From the NCBI GenBank assembly GCA_963779415.1, contig CAVZYA010000002.1, positions 608,001 to 672,000 of the forward strand: a stretch of DNA of 64,000 nt, given 5' to 3'. This DNA comes from an uncultured Acidobacteriota bacterium. GTDB taxonomy: Bacteria; Acidobacteriota; Thermoanaerobaculia; UBA5066. Numbering within the stretch: the first letter of the stretch is position 1; each line of letters begins with the position of its first letter. The position numbers and the translations under genes were made by a program. The notes beneath the pieces were generated by a model. That model saw nothing but the letters and a program-made list of their open reading frames with translations. It did no database searches and had not been told where the DNA came from. Below, piece after piece: positions 31,401 through 43,764 of the stretch.

Positions 31401-33759
31401 ACGACACCGGGTACTCCGGCGCCGCCGACTATGTCCAGGTGGCCTACTCGACGAATGGCTCCAACTACTTCACAGTCGGACCCCAGATCACGCGGTACGA
31501 CGGGACGACGGGGTGGGTCCAGTACGAGGTCCCCCTGACGGGCGTCTCGAGTCCCAACCGTCTTGATCGTCCTCTATCGGATTCAGCTACTTCGGCAACG
31601 ACATTCACGTCGACGACGTGCAGCTTCTCAACGGCGCGGCGCCGTCGCCGCCCGTCGTCGACAACCCGAGCCTCCTCTGTGATGCGGTTCCGGGCTCCCT
31701 GGTCGCCGGCTTCGTGACCGACGCCAACACGGCGCTCGGCCTCGCGGGTGCGCAGGTCGCTCGCGACCTGGGCGGGGTGGCCATCACCATGCCGGCCTCG
31801 GAGGACCCGAACGTGGGCGCGGGCTTCTACTACATGTTCTCTTCGGCGGCCATGCCGACGGCGCCAAACGGCCCGTCGACCCGGACGTTCACGGCGAGCA
31901 AGACCGGCTACGGTTCTGTTCAGAAGTCCGTGAACCTCGTACCCAACACCGTCAACCGCCTCGACTTCGCCCTCCCGTCGGCCTCGCTCAGCTTCGCCGG
32001 CTGGCCGTTCGACCTCAACAGCCGCCTGTACCCGGACGGAATGCCGCCGTGGGACAAGCAGCACATCTTCTCCGTCATGAACAGCGGTGGCCTTGACGCC
32101 AACGTCAAGTTCAGCACGATAGCTCTGACTCCGGGTTGGACGCCGCCCCGCATGTGGCCTGCGTTCGCCCCGGAACCCCTCAGTCCAACCAGAACCAAGA
32201 GTTCGATCGGGCGGGCTGCGGCCGGACGGCACCCTTCAACTGCTACCAGGACCCGGTACACCGGACTGGCCGGTCCTCTGGCCGGCATCCCGGCGTTCGG
32301 AGTGGATCTCAACGCTTCGAACTTCGTCACCTGGCCGGACGCTTCTGTTCCGGGCACCTGGACCATCATCGCGCCCGAGCCCGGCAGCTCGTACTTCGGC
32401 GGTGACTTCCTGAACGGCGATTTCTCCAAGCTCTGGGTCGTGGATTACGCGCTGAACCAGCTCAGCACGCTGGACACCACGACCGGCGCGAAAACGGTCG
32501 TCGGCCCGATGACTCCAAACTCCGGCGAGTCATGGACCGGTCTCAAGAGCTCCTCGGATGGCAATGTTTACGCCGCGGCCACGACCTGCGCTTCGTCGAC
32601 GCTCTACACGGTCGACCCGGCGACAGGCCACGCGACGGCGATCGGTCCGATCACCAACGGCGGGTGCGTCATCGACATCGCCATCAACAACGCAGGCGAG
32701 ATCTATGGTGTCGACCTCGTCTCGGACAACCTGCTGAAGATCAACCCCGCCACCGGTGCCGGCACGGTCGTCGGCCCGCTGGGAATAGACGCCAACTACG
32801 CACAGGGGATGTCTTTCGAGAAGGACAGCGGAATTCTCTACTGGGCTGCGTTCAACAACGGAGCCTTCCAGGGCGAGCTTCGCACCATCGACACGGCGAC
32901 GGGTGCCAGCTTCCTGATTGGTCCCTTCCCCGGCGGTGCCGAGGTGGACGCCTTTGCCATCGCCTCCGGCGGTGGCGTGACGCTCCCGTGGGTCACCCTC
33001 ACTCCGACCGAGGGCGTGGTCCCGGCCAATGGCCAACTCGACATCCTCACCGAGTTCTTCCCTGAGGGTGTGCCGCCGGCCAACTTCGGCCTCTATCGGG
33101 CCCAGGTCAAGTCCACCAACGACACGCCGTCCCCCCTGCCGACGATCTCCGTCTACTTCACCAAGGCCTTCTGGGACGTTCCGCGCGGCTCCTTCGCCGA
33201 TGCCTTCATTCACGGCCTGGCCGGCGCGCGCGTCACGAAAGGCTGCGGCGGCGGGAACTTCTGCCCGAACGACCCCGTCAGCCGTGCCGAGATGGCCATC
33301 ATGGTGGTCCGTGGCATCCACGGTCCTGACTTCGTACCACCCCCCGCTGTCGGAATCTTCGCGGACGTGGTGATCTCCGACACCGACAACACCGCCGACT
33401 ACATCGAGCAGCTCTACACCGACGGCGTCGTCGCCGGCTGCGCAGTCGGCCCCCCGCTTCTCTACTGCCCCAACAGTCTCGTCAACCGTGCCCAGATGGC
33501 CGTCTTCATCTCCGCCGGCATCCTGCTTCCGCCGGTCAATCCTCCGACGGGCTACTTCACGGACATGGCCGGATATCACTGGGCCGATGGCTATGCCGAG
33601 GCTCTCTTCAACGCGGGAATCACCGCAGGGTGCGGCTCCCATATCTTCTGCCCGAGCACCAACATCACCCGTGCTCAGCTCTCCGTGTGGCTTGTGACCG
33701 GACTCGGTATTCCTTACTACACCCACCCGATCGGCCCGGACAAGCCGGCCGGCAAGTAA
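28425..33759 (+). CDS. Giant secreted surface protein (~1770 aa reconstructed): PPD...WGD domain, carboxypeptidase-regulatory-like, adhesin/MAM-like and beta-propeller domains, three SLH-like repeats; interrupted by indels and one in-frame TAG
   Basis: ORFs 28425, 29775, 31394 and 31618 read as one protein; PPDTTGDVGP...RWGDYS; ENFDGAFPPLGW; FWDVP...SRAEMA, NRAQMA, TRAQLS. Confidence 0.8.
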
Positions 33760-33768
33760 TCTCCAACC

Positions 33769-33841
33769 GACCGGGGGGAGTCGTCCCCCCGGTCATGGGC
33801 TCAACCGAGAGCCGGGCGCGCAAGCGCCCGGCTTCTTTTTT
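33769..33841 (+). terminator. Hairpin plus rho-independent terminator
   Basis: GACCGGGGGGA-gtcg-TCCCCCCGGTC, then AGCCGGGCGC-gcaa-GCGCCCGGCT followed by TCTTTTTT. Confidence 0.85.
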
Positions 33842-33890
33842 CGGTGCGCCGGGCAGGGCGTCTCATCTGTCGGGGTACTATCGAACGGAC

Positions 33891-36800
33891 GTGGCTACCG
33901 GATCGCACCGTATCGTCCTTGCCGGGTACTACGGATTCGGGAATGCCGGTGACGAGGCGATTCTGGCGTCTCTTCTCGCGGGACTCCGGAGCCGCGATCC
34001 CGGGATCCGGGCCACCGTCCTGTCGGGGAATCCGGCCGTCACGGTAGCCGCTCACGGAGTCTCCGCCGTGGCGTGGCCGGACATCGAAGGGCTCTCGGAC
34101 GCGATCGAGAACAGCGACATCGTCGTCGTCGGGGGGGGCGGTCTTTTCCACGACTATTGGGGAGTCGACCCGGACACCCTCTTGACGGACCGGGGATGGG
34201 GAATTCCGTCGTACGCGGCGCCCGTCCTGCTCGCGGCCCTTCACGAGACCCCTGCGCTGATCGTCGGCGTCGGGGTCGGCCCGCTCGATTCGTTGGCCGG
34301 CAAGAAGCTGACCCGGCAGATCTGCGAGCTGGCGGAGGGCGTCACCGTCAGGGATGCCGCATCGGCCGAGCTTCTCGCGGCGATCGGCGTCGCCCGGAAC
34401 CGGGTGGAGGTGACGGCCGACCCGGCATTCACGTTCACTCCGACGGCGTCCGATCGGGAGCGGGCCGCGCAGCGGGTGCCCGAGGGAGACGGACCTCTCG
34501 TCGCCCTGGCCCTCCGGGCCTGGGACATCGGCGTGCACTCGCCGCGCTGGGAGGGCGAGGTCGCGGCGGCGGCCGACGATCTTGTCCGGACGGCCGGGGC
34601 GCGGATCCTGTTCGTCCCGTTCCAGGACCTGCCGTCCGCCAAAGGAGAACGACGCCGCCGTCGCGGAGAGAGTCGCGGCGCGGATGACAGCCGGGCACCG
34701 CGCAGAAGTCGTGCGGCCTCCGCTGAGCGCCGGGGAGACGGCCGCTCTTCTCGCCCGGTGCGACGCCGTCGTCGGCATGCGGCTCCACGCCCTGATCTTC
34801 GCCCTGAGCGGAGGGGTTCCGGCGGTGGCCCTTTCCTACGACCCGAAGGTGGAAGCCACGATGTCGGCGCTGGGCCTCGAAGAGGAGACGATTCGGCTGG
34901 CCGACCTCGAGCGGACGTCGCTGGTCTCCGCCGTGACCAGAGTGCTCGAAGGCCGGGAAGAGCTGGGACGACGGCTCGCTCCGCTCCTCGAAAAGGCCCG
35001 GGCGGCGGCGACGAAGAACGTGGACCGGATCTGGGAGCGGCTCGAGCGGCCGACGGTGCGCTCCGCCCCCCGCGCGGGACGGGAACTCTTCGTGAAGGGG
35101 ATCCGGGCGCAGATCCGCGCGATCGCCCTGGCGAGGGCTGCCGCGGAGACGGACCGCTCCCGGATCACCCTACTTGAAAACGCAGTGGCTGAAGCGCAGC
35201 GCCGCGTGGTCGAAGCGGCTGAAGCGCAGCGCCGCACGGCGGAGGACGCCGCCTTGTTTCGGGAACAGCTCGCCATGGCGAAGGCGGAGGCGGCGGAAAC
35301 GCAGCGTCAAATAGCCGATTCGGCGGCTGAAGTGGAACAGGTCAGGGCGGGGGCGGCCGTCCTGGAGCGCGAGAACCTGCGGCTGATCGAGTCCCTGGAC
35401 AGTGCCCGCCGCGAGGTCCAGGCCTGGAAGGCGGCCCACGACGACGCCCGACACTCCCTGGAGGGGGTCCGTGAAGAGTTGAGCCGCTGGCACGCCTCGC
35501 GCCTCTTCCGGACGGGAACTCTCTACTGGCGCCTCCGGGGAATGCTGACGGGCCGGTCGTCGGGGTCGGCTCCGGCCGTGGGGACGAACCCGGCGGAGCG
35601 GTCCCGCGACGTTCCGGACCCGGCCCCGGCGTCTCTCGCGGCCGGTTCGGAGCCGCAGCCCCCGTCCGAGCCGGCCTGGCGTCCGGAGCGCCCGAGCGGC
35701 GTCGAATCCCTGCCCCGAGGGACGTACGACGTCATCGTCTTTTCGATCATCGACTGGGAATTCCGCTTCCAGCGTCCGCAACAGCTTGCAAGTCAGTTCG
35801 GACGGAAGGGGCACCGGGTCCTCTACGTCTCGTGTTCCCGGTTCCTGCCGGACGGAGGCCCGGCCTGGCAGACGGTCCGGCAGGCGGAGAACGTCGCCGA
35901 GGTGCGGATCCGGTCGGCCCGGGCTCTCGACATCTACGGGGGAAAGCTGGAAGGGCGGGACCTCGACGTTCTCGAGGAGGCGTTCTCGGTCCTGGCGCGG
36001 GACCTCGCAATCGCCGACGCCGTTTGCAAGGTGGACATTCCATTCTGGACTCCGCTCGTCCTGCGGCTTCGGGAGCGATTCGGGTGGCGCGTGGTCTATG
36101 ACTGCATGGACGAATGGAACAACTTCCCCGGATTCAAGGAGCCGGTCCTTGCGGCCGAAGCGACGCTCGTCCGCGACGCGGACGTGACCCTCGTCTCCGC
36201 CGACCGGCTGCTGGCGAAGTGGAGCGAGCACGACACGGCCCTTGATGGTGCGCAACGCCGTGGACCTCGATCACTACACCCGGCTCTACGGTCCGAACGA
36301 TCTCCTCGGGAAGGTTTCGCATCCGGTCATCGGCTATTACGGCGCTCTCGCGTCGTGGGTCGACGTCCCGTTGCTCAAGAAGGTGGCCGAGACCTTTCCG
36401 GACGGGACCATCGTCCTCGCGGGAGGCCACTTCGACGTCGATCTCGGCCCGATCGCTTCGACTCGAGAACGTTCGCCTCCTCGGGCAGCGGCCCTACGAG
36501 GAGATGCCGCTCCTTCTCTGGCACTTCGATGCCTGCATCATTCCGTTCCTCGTGAACGACATCACCGAGGCGACGAACCCCGTGAAGTTCTACGAGTACA
36601 TCTCGCAGGGGAAGCCGGTGGTCGTTCCCGACCTCACGGAGCTGCGCCCGTTCTCGGAAGTCTGCTACCTCGCGCGGGACCACGACGACTTCGTCGCGAA
36701 GCTCCGCCTCGCCCTGGCGGAGGCGCCGGACGACCCGCGGCGGAAAAAGAGGCAGGAACTCGCCGCGGAGAACGACTGGTCGGCCCGCGCGGAGACGATC

Positions 36801-37616
36801 GACCGCGCCGTCCGGGAGTCCTTCCCGCTCGTCTCGGTCGTCGTCGTCACGTACGGAGGGCTGGAGCTGACGAAGGAATGCCTCCGGTCGCTTCTCTTCG
36901 CGGAGACGTGGCCCCGTCTGGAAGTGATCGTCGTCGACAACGGCTCGTCGGACGGGACACCGGCGTTCCTCCGGGAGTTCGCCGGGACGGATGCGCGGAT
37001 GAAGACGATCCTCAACGCCACGAACCGCGGCTTTGCAGCGGCCAACAACCAGGGGATCGCCATGTCGGCTGGGGAGATCGTCGTCCTTCTCAACAACGAC
37101 ACGGTCGTCCCGCAGGGCCTGATGGGACGCCTCGTGGCCCACCTCAAGCGGGACGCCGGGCTCGGGATGGTCTGCCCGACGACGAACTTCTGCGGAAACG
37201 AGGCCAAGGTCGACCCGGACTACTCGGACATTTCCGGCCTGCCCGCATTCGCGGCGAAGCGGGCGGCGGAATACTCCGGAGTGGTCTTCGACATCCCGAT
37301 CGCCGCGATGTACTGCGTCGCGCTCCGTCGCGAGGTCCTGGAGAAGGTCGGGCCGCTCGACGAGGCGTTCGGCATCGGGATGTTCGAGGACGACGACTAC
37401 GCCCTCAGGATCCGGGAGGCCGGGCTTCGGGTCGTCTGCGCGGAGGACGCGTACGTCCACCACGTCGGACAGGGATCTTTCCGGAAACTCCCTCGCGAGG
37501 AGTACGAGAAGCTCTGGCGCGAGAACCGCGAAAAGTTCGAGCGGAAATGGGGACGGCCCTGGAAGCCGCACCGTGTCCGGGAAGGAGCCTCTCCGGTCGT
37601 CTCGAGGATAGAGTGA
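33891..37616 (+). CDS. CsaB-like polysaccharide pyruvyltransferase - coiled coil - GT4 - GT2 multidomain protein (~1240 aa after three +1 frameshifts near 34640, 36235, 36460)
   Basis: IVLAGYYGFGNAGDEAIL, VGGGGLFHD, VTVRD..S, TADP, GMRLHALI, LSYDPKV (CsaB); DWEFRFQRPQQL, TNPVKFYEY (GT4); VSVVVVTY, VDNGS, LLNNDT, FEDDDY (GT2); each break falls inside a domain. Confidence 0.8.
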
Positions 37617-37689
37617 GCCGCGGCGTACCGGTCACGCACGAGGCGGGCCCGGGCAGGAGGGCGTCCGACGTCCGCAGAGCCGGCTGGGC

Positions 37690-38883
37690 ATGAAGGACGT
37701 CCGGTACCTGATCCTCGGCGCCGGCCCGAGCGGGCTGGCTTTCGCCAGCACCCTCAAGGACCGTGGGGAGACGTCGTTCCTGGTCCTCGAGAAGGAGGAG
37801 GTCCCGGGGGGCCTCTGCCGAAGCAAGGTCGTCGACGGAGCCCCCCTCGACATCGGAGGCGGGCACTTCCTCGACGTGGCGCGCCCGCATGTTCTGAAGT
37901 TTCTTTTTCGCTTTCTTCCGGAGAGCGAATGGCAGGGGCACACCCGCCGGGCCCGGATCCGCCTGCGCGGGCGGGAGATCGATCACCCGATAGAGGCCAA
38001 CCTCTGGCAGCTTCCGCTCGATGCCCAGGTCGACTACCTCGAGTCGATAGCCGCCTCCGGCTCGGTGCGCGGTCTGCCGGAGCCGGAGGCGTTTGGCGAG
38101 TGGATCGCGTGGAAGCTCGGCTCGCGGATCGCGGGCGACTACATGCTCCCGTACAACGAGAAGCTCTTCGGATGCCCTCTCGCCGAGTTGGGAACGTACT
38201 GGCTCGAGAAGCTCCCGAGCGTCTCGTTTCGGGAGACGCTTCGCTCCTGCCTCGAGCGGAAGGCCTTCGGGACGCTGGCGGCCCATGGCCGGTTCCTCTA
38301 CCCGCGGAGCGGCGGGTACGGAGAGGTCTGGGCGCGGATGGGAGAGGCCCTCGGGGAGCGCCTCCTGACCGGTACGCCTTCCCGGGAGATCGACGTCGAA
38401 CGAAGGGTGGTGAACGGCCGCTACCGGGCGGAGACGATCGTGTCGAGCATCGCGTGGCCGCTCTGGCCCGGACTGACGAACTTGCCCCCGGAAGTCGGCG
38501 CGGCGATCAACCAACTGAGGCACGCATCCATCGACGTCACTTACCTCCCGGAGACCGTCGAGACCGACGCACACTGGATCTACGAGCCGGACCCGGAAGT
38601 TCCGCACCATCGCCTCCTTCCGCGTCCGAACTTTCTTGCCGGTTCCCGAGGGCATTGGACGGAAGCGAATGCCACCCGAAGCGTGCCCACCGCCTCGTTC
38701 CGTCACCACAACGCCTTCGCCTATCCCGTGAACACGCTGGGGAAGCGGGAAGCGATGGGAACGATTCTCGGGTGGGCACGGGCCCGGTCGATCGTCCCGA
38801 TCGGCCGCTGGGGCCTCTGGGAACACATGAACTCGGATGTCGCCGTCGCGAGGGCGATGGCGGCCGCAGAGGCATCGTGCTAG
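37690..38883 (+). CDS. FAD-dependent oxidoreductase (UDP-galactopyranose mutase/HemY-like)
   Basis: LILGAGPSG, GGLCRS, DIGGGH, PYNEKL, F.YP..GGY, AYPV, GRWG.WEH.NSD. Confidence 0.75.
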   Translation: MKDVRYLILGAGPSGLAFASTLKDRGETSFLVLEKEEVPGGLCRSKVVDGAPLDIGGGHFLDVARPHVLKFLFRFLPESEWQGHTRRARIRLRGREIDHPIEANLWQLPLDAQVDYLESIAASGSVRGLPEPEAFGEWIAWKLGSRIAGDYMLPYNEKLFGCPLAELGTYWLEKLPSVSFRETLRSCLERKAFGTLAAHGRFLYPRSGGYGEVWARMGEALGERLLTGTPSREIDVERRVVNGRYRAETIVSSIAWPLWPGLTNLPPEVGAAINQLRHASIDVTYLPETVETDAHWIYEPDPEVPHHRLLPRPNFLAGSRGHWTEANATRSVPTASFRHHNAFAYPVNTLGKREAMGTILGWARARSIVPIGRWGLWEHMNSDVAVARAMAAAEASC

Positions 38884-38932
38884 GCGGTTCGGATGTCGCT
38901 TTCGGCGCGGATGCCGCGGGAAGGGCTCGACC

Positions 38933-41195
38933 GTGAGGCTGGCGCTCTGTCTCCTGACCTGGAACGAAGTCGAGGGGTGCCGGCGGGACGTTCCCCGGCT
39001 CGACCGGTCGGCGTTCGAGGAGCTCTTCGCCATCGACGGGGGAAGCCGCGACGGAACGGTGGAGTATCTCGAAGGGGAGGGGATCCCCGTCTACCGGCAG
39101 AGCGAGCCGGGCCTCAATGCCGCCTACCACGACGCGATCGAGCGGACGACCTGCGACGCCCTCGTCGTTTTTCCTCCGAAGGGAACGATCGACCCGTCCG
39201 CAACGCTCGCTTTCCGAAAGCTGTTCGAGGGGGGCGCGGACCTGGTCGTTGCGGGCCGCTCGCTTCCAGGCGGGAGGACCGAGGAGGACGACCGGTTCAT
39301 CAAGCCGAGGAAGTGGGGCGTCGCCTGGCTCAGCCTCTTCACGTCGCTCGTCTGGCGCGGGGAGGGCCCGCGCATCCGCGACGTCCTCCATGGTTTTCGC
39401 GGGTTCAAGGTCGATGCCTTCCGGAAAATGGCTCCCTTGAGGACCGGATTGTCGATCGACCTGGAGACGGTCGTCCGTGCCTACCGCCTTGGTCTGCGCC
39501 GATGCGAATTCCCGGTGATCGAGAGGCCGAGGAGCTTACGGCGAGACGCACTTCCCCATCGCCCGGACGGCCAAGAAGCTCGCGGCGTACCTCGTGGAGG
39601 AGATTCGCCGGACGGACCCGAGAAGTACCGAGGCAGTGCCTGCAATCACCCGAGGTCCCGCGAACGACGAGGAGCCTCCGAAACAGGCCCCGGCGGGGGC
39701 CGCCGCGCTGGGACCTCGCGCCACGTGGTCGTTCTTTCTCGGAGTGTTCCTGACCCTTCTCTCGCTGTCGCCTGGCTCCATCAGTGGAATGGGCTACACG
39801 ATCGCGAACATGAAAGCGGCGAACCAGATCCTCGCGAAGCTGGGAATGACCTCGGCGGGCCCGGCCGCTGCGGCCTTCGAGATCCCCCTGCACGGCGTCC
39901 TCGAGGTGGGGTTGGAGCTGCCCTTCATGGCGATCGGGCATTTGACCACCCCCATCTGGATCGGTCCGGAGAGAGCCCTGTCCGCCCAGCCGGTCTTGTT
40001 CACGGCCCTGCTGGGAACGCTGGCCTTCGTCTGGGCGTTTCGGCTGGCGGGCAGTCGGGTCTGGGCACTCGTCATCGGTCTGTCGGCGGTCTTCGCGACG
40101 GTTCTCTGGCCCTACGCCTACATCGGTCTCGAGACGTCGCAGTCGTTGTGCCTGATCGCGGCGGCCTACATCGCCCTCGAAAGCGGTCCCCACGCCTCGT
40201 GGTCGCGTACGCTGGCGGTCGCCGTCGTCGGAGGGCTCGCGGTCAGCCTGAAGATCAACGGCATCTTCCTCGTGCCCGCGGTCGCCTTCGCCGTCTTCCG
40301 CTTCGTCTGGTCGGGGTCGAGCCGCGGCCGGAGCGCGAAGGTGGCCGTGATCACGACCCTGATGGCGGCGTTCTTCGTTGGAAACGTCCTGTTGCGGAAC
40401 AAGTTCTGGGCCAGACACGGCGGTAACTTTGAGGTGTTCAAGGGCTGGAGCGTCGACGGCCCGGTGACGTGGGCTCTCGTGATGGCGTCCCTCCTCTTCT
40501 CCGTGAACAAGGGGTTCTTCGTCTTCTCGCCGATCTGCGGGGTCGGGATGGCGGGACTTCGTCGGGCGATCGCGGTTCGAAAGGACGTGGCCGTCTTCGT
40601 TCTTCTGGCGCTTGCGGGCCCCCTCGCGGGAATGTCGTTCTTCGTGAACTGGGCGGACGAGACGTGGGGCGCGCGGTACCTTCACGGGGCGGTCGTTCCA
40701 GTTCTGTTGCTTCTCGCCGCCTCGCGCGCGGGGCAGCCGTTCAGGCCAAGGAGGGAGTGGCCGCTCATCTCCGCCATTGTCATCGGGGTCTCGATTTCGT
40801 TCCTCGGGTGCTTCGCGTACTACGGGAGTGTCAAGTCTGCCGCGGGGCGGACGAAGAGCTCGACGCTCGAGAACCTCGTCTACAACCTCGAGTTCAATCA
40901 GATTCGCTTCAACGCGAAACTGTTCTCGTTATGGGTGAGACGGCTTGCTGGACGCGGCGTCGCACCGGAGCCCTGGGTGCCGGCGGTGCACTGGTGGTAC
41001 GAGCGGCCGGCCGACATGAAGGTCCTCGAACCGGTTGAGATTGCGCCGTCTTTCGTACCTCAGCCGATTCTCTTTCGCGACCTCGGGCCGCATCCAATCA
41101 CGCCCGCGCGGGTGATCTGGTCGGCGTACTTCCTCTTCCTGTGCGGGGGTGTATGGCTTCTGGTCGGGCTGAGCCGGACCCTACTGAAGGAATGA
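38933..41195 (+). CDS. Polyprenol-phosphate GT2 fused to multi-TM GT-C-like domain (one +1 frameshift near 39533)
   Basis: WNE, IDGGSRDGT, DVLHGFRGF; RPRAYGETHF...AYLVEEIRR runs without a stop into the 39594 ORF (about 10 TM, WPYA, WGARYL). Confidence 0.7.
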
Positions 41196-41318
41196 CCGGC
41201 GGCGATGGCGATGTCGCCTGTGCGGCTCCGCGCCGGGGGCTTCACCTTCGGTCGGACTTCGATGCGTAAAGACCAGAGACCCCGAGGAACGGACAGAACT
41301 CCACGGAAGGATCCGGCC

Positions 41319-43764
41319 GTGACGGGCAGCCCGGACGAAGGAATGCGGCCGAACGGCGCGCGGCAGGCGGGGCTCGTTCTGGCGGCGCTGCTGGCCGTCC
41401 TTGTAGTCACGAACTTCAATATCGTCTTCCTCGGGCAGACGCTCGTCGCCAGCGCCAACCACCCGCCGTTCGATGACCGCACCACTCACCTCCGGCCAAC
41501 CCGCGGCGTGAGATTCGCGAATGCCAACTGGCACGACCTCGGCGGAACCTGGTGGCAATGGGAACCCGCCGGGGTCGCGGTCTCCGACGCTTTTCGGCGG
41601 GGGGAAGTTCCACTGTGGGACCCGACGATCGCGGGCGGTGTGGACGCGCACGCGAGCCTCTTTCCGAGCCAGTACTTTCCGCCCTATCTACCGGTGCTGC
41701 TGCTTGGCGACACTCCGGCACTGCGGGATGCCTACTACCTGGCGATCATTCTCGCGTCGGGACTGGCCATGGCAGGGCTGCTGCTTCGCAACCGCTTTCT
41801 GCCGGCCTCGGCGGCCGCAGGCGGGGTCGCGTACATGCTGTGCGGGGCCGTGATACAGACGGCCAACTCCAACCTGGGCCAGGCGACGGCCATGCTGCCT
41901 TTGATGCTGCTGGTCACGGACTGGCTCCTGGAGCGCCCCTCGGGGCCGCGTTTCGCCGCGACCGCAGCGGTTGTCGGGGCCAGCGCACTTGCAGGCTTTC
42001 TTCCGGTCGTCTTCTCGGGTTTCCTGCTGGTCGCGCTGCTGGCGGTGGCACACGCCGTGATCCCGGCGAACGCAGGCGAGAGCGGGCGCCGGCGAGGTGC
42101 GGCGACGGCTCGGTCCCTTGGCGATGGCTGCCGGGGCGGGGCTCCTCGGTCTCGCCCTTGCGGCGTTCCTCATCGTGCCGGCGGAGAAAGCCTCGGCGGC
42201 GTCGGCTGAGTTTCTCGGGTGGTACACCGGCCTCGGCCGCCAGGCTTACTCCGCGAACGAGTTCCTCACCCTTGTCTCACCGCTCCTGAGCTGGGACGTC
42301 AACCAAACCCAGGTGGTAACGAGCACACTCTTTCCGCCCCTGAATTCGTGGCAGGCACATCTTTTCCACGTGGGCCTCGTCGTGCTGCTCCTGGCCTCTT
42401 TGGCGAGACCGCTCGAGCGGCCAGCCTATCGCCGGTTGTTCCTCGCGTTCGGGTTGATTTCAGGGGTTGTCTTCGCGAAGCTCTTCGGGCTGCCCCCTGT
42501 GCAGTGGCTGGCCGATCTGCCGGTGCTTCGCTACACGCACTTCATTCCGTACTTCTGCGGCGCGCTCGCGGTCGGTCTCGCCGGCCTCGCGGCCTGCGGC
42601 GTCGAGTCGATCGTCTGTCGCGTTCCTCGCCGAAATGATCTTCTTGGGGGCGCTGCTGTCGTATTCGTCGTCCTGGGAAGTCTGGTTTTGTTCGCCCTTG
42701 CCCGAGGCTTCAATCGTTCCGCCGCTGGCGCGCAGTACCTGCGCTGGGCCCTGGAGCTGGACCGGGTCGTCGCGGCAGCCGTGGGAATCCTGGTGCTGGT
42801 GTGGTTGCGTCGGCAGGGCCTGCTCTCCGGGAAGAAGGCCGGCCTCGTGGCGGTGGGACTGCTCGTCCTCGAGCTGGGGCCGCTCGCCTACCACGGACGC
42901 TACGGCCGCGCCGACGTCTGGCGCGAGGTGCCGGAGTACGTCCGGTTTCTGCAACGCGACAAGGAGCTTTTCCGCATTCACAGCGTTCAAGACGTTGCCC
43001 TCACCCCCAACGTCTTTCAGGCCATGGGGATTCAGGGAATCGGCTCGCGGGCGGTCTTCAATCCGTCGCGATTCAGCTCGCTCGTCAAGTCGTACTTCGA
43101 CGACCGCCCGAGTTCCTCCTTCATCCTGCCGACCCAGCTTCTGCCCACGGACCGCGTCGTCCTCGATCTGCTGAACGTCAAATATGTCGTCTTACACGCT
43201 CCCACGGCGGAACAGCGAGCCGAGCTCGCGGCGGCCCGTCTCGAGGAAGCGTCGTCCGATGGGAAGTTCGTGATTTTTCGCAATCCGACCTGCTGGCCCA
43301 GGGCATACGTGGCCCGCCGATACAGGGTGGTTGGCAGTGCTACGGAGGCTCTGGCCAATTTGGCTACGCTGAAGGGCCCCGACGAGGTCATTCTGGAGGC
43401 GCGACCGGGCTTCGACTCGGGTGCCGGAGGGGCGTCGGAAGACGGGACGTGTCGGATCTCGGAGTACCGTGCGGACACCGTTACGCTGGAGGTCGATTCG
43501 CCCGGGCCTGCGATTGCGGTTCTCCTGGATAGTTTTGCGCCGGGCTGGACGGCAAGAGTGAATGGTGTGCCAGCTCCCATCGTACCTGCCAACGGTGCGT
43601 TCCGGGGCGTCGAGGTTGCGGCGGGACGCTCCGTCGTGACGATGCAATACCGTACGCCCGGACTTGACCTCGGACTGGCGATCTCCGGGCTTGCTCTGGC
43701 GGCGATGGCATTGTGCCTAGTTCCCGCGGTGCGTCGAGTCCGTCGGGGCGGTCCCGTCCGGTGA
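41319..43764 (+). CDS. YfhO-like GT-C membrane glycosyltransferase (frameshift near 42090; start uncertain)
   Basis: GEVPLWDP...G, many TM helices, LDLLNVKYV, PRAYV, PGWTARVNG, AN..FRGV.V..G...V...Y. Confidence 0.82.

Noticed and set aside
37690-38883. Heme-pathway protoporphyrinogen oxidase
   Set aside because: Glycan-locus context and short length favour a nucleotide-sugar mutase-like flavoprotein; exact activity unassigned
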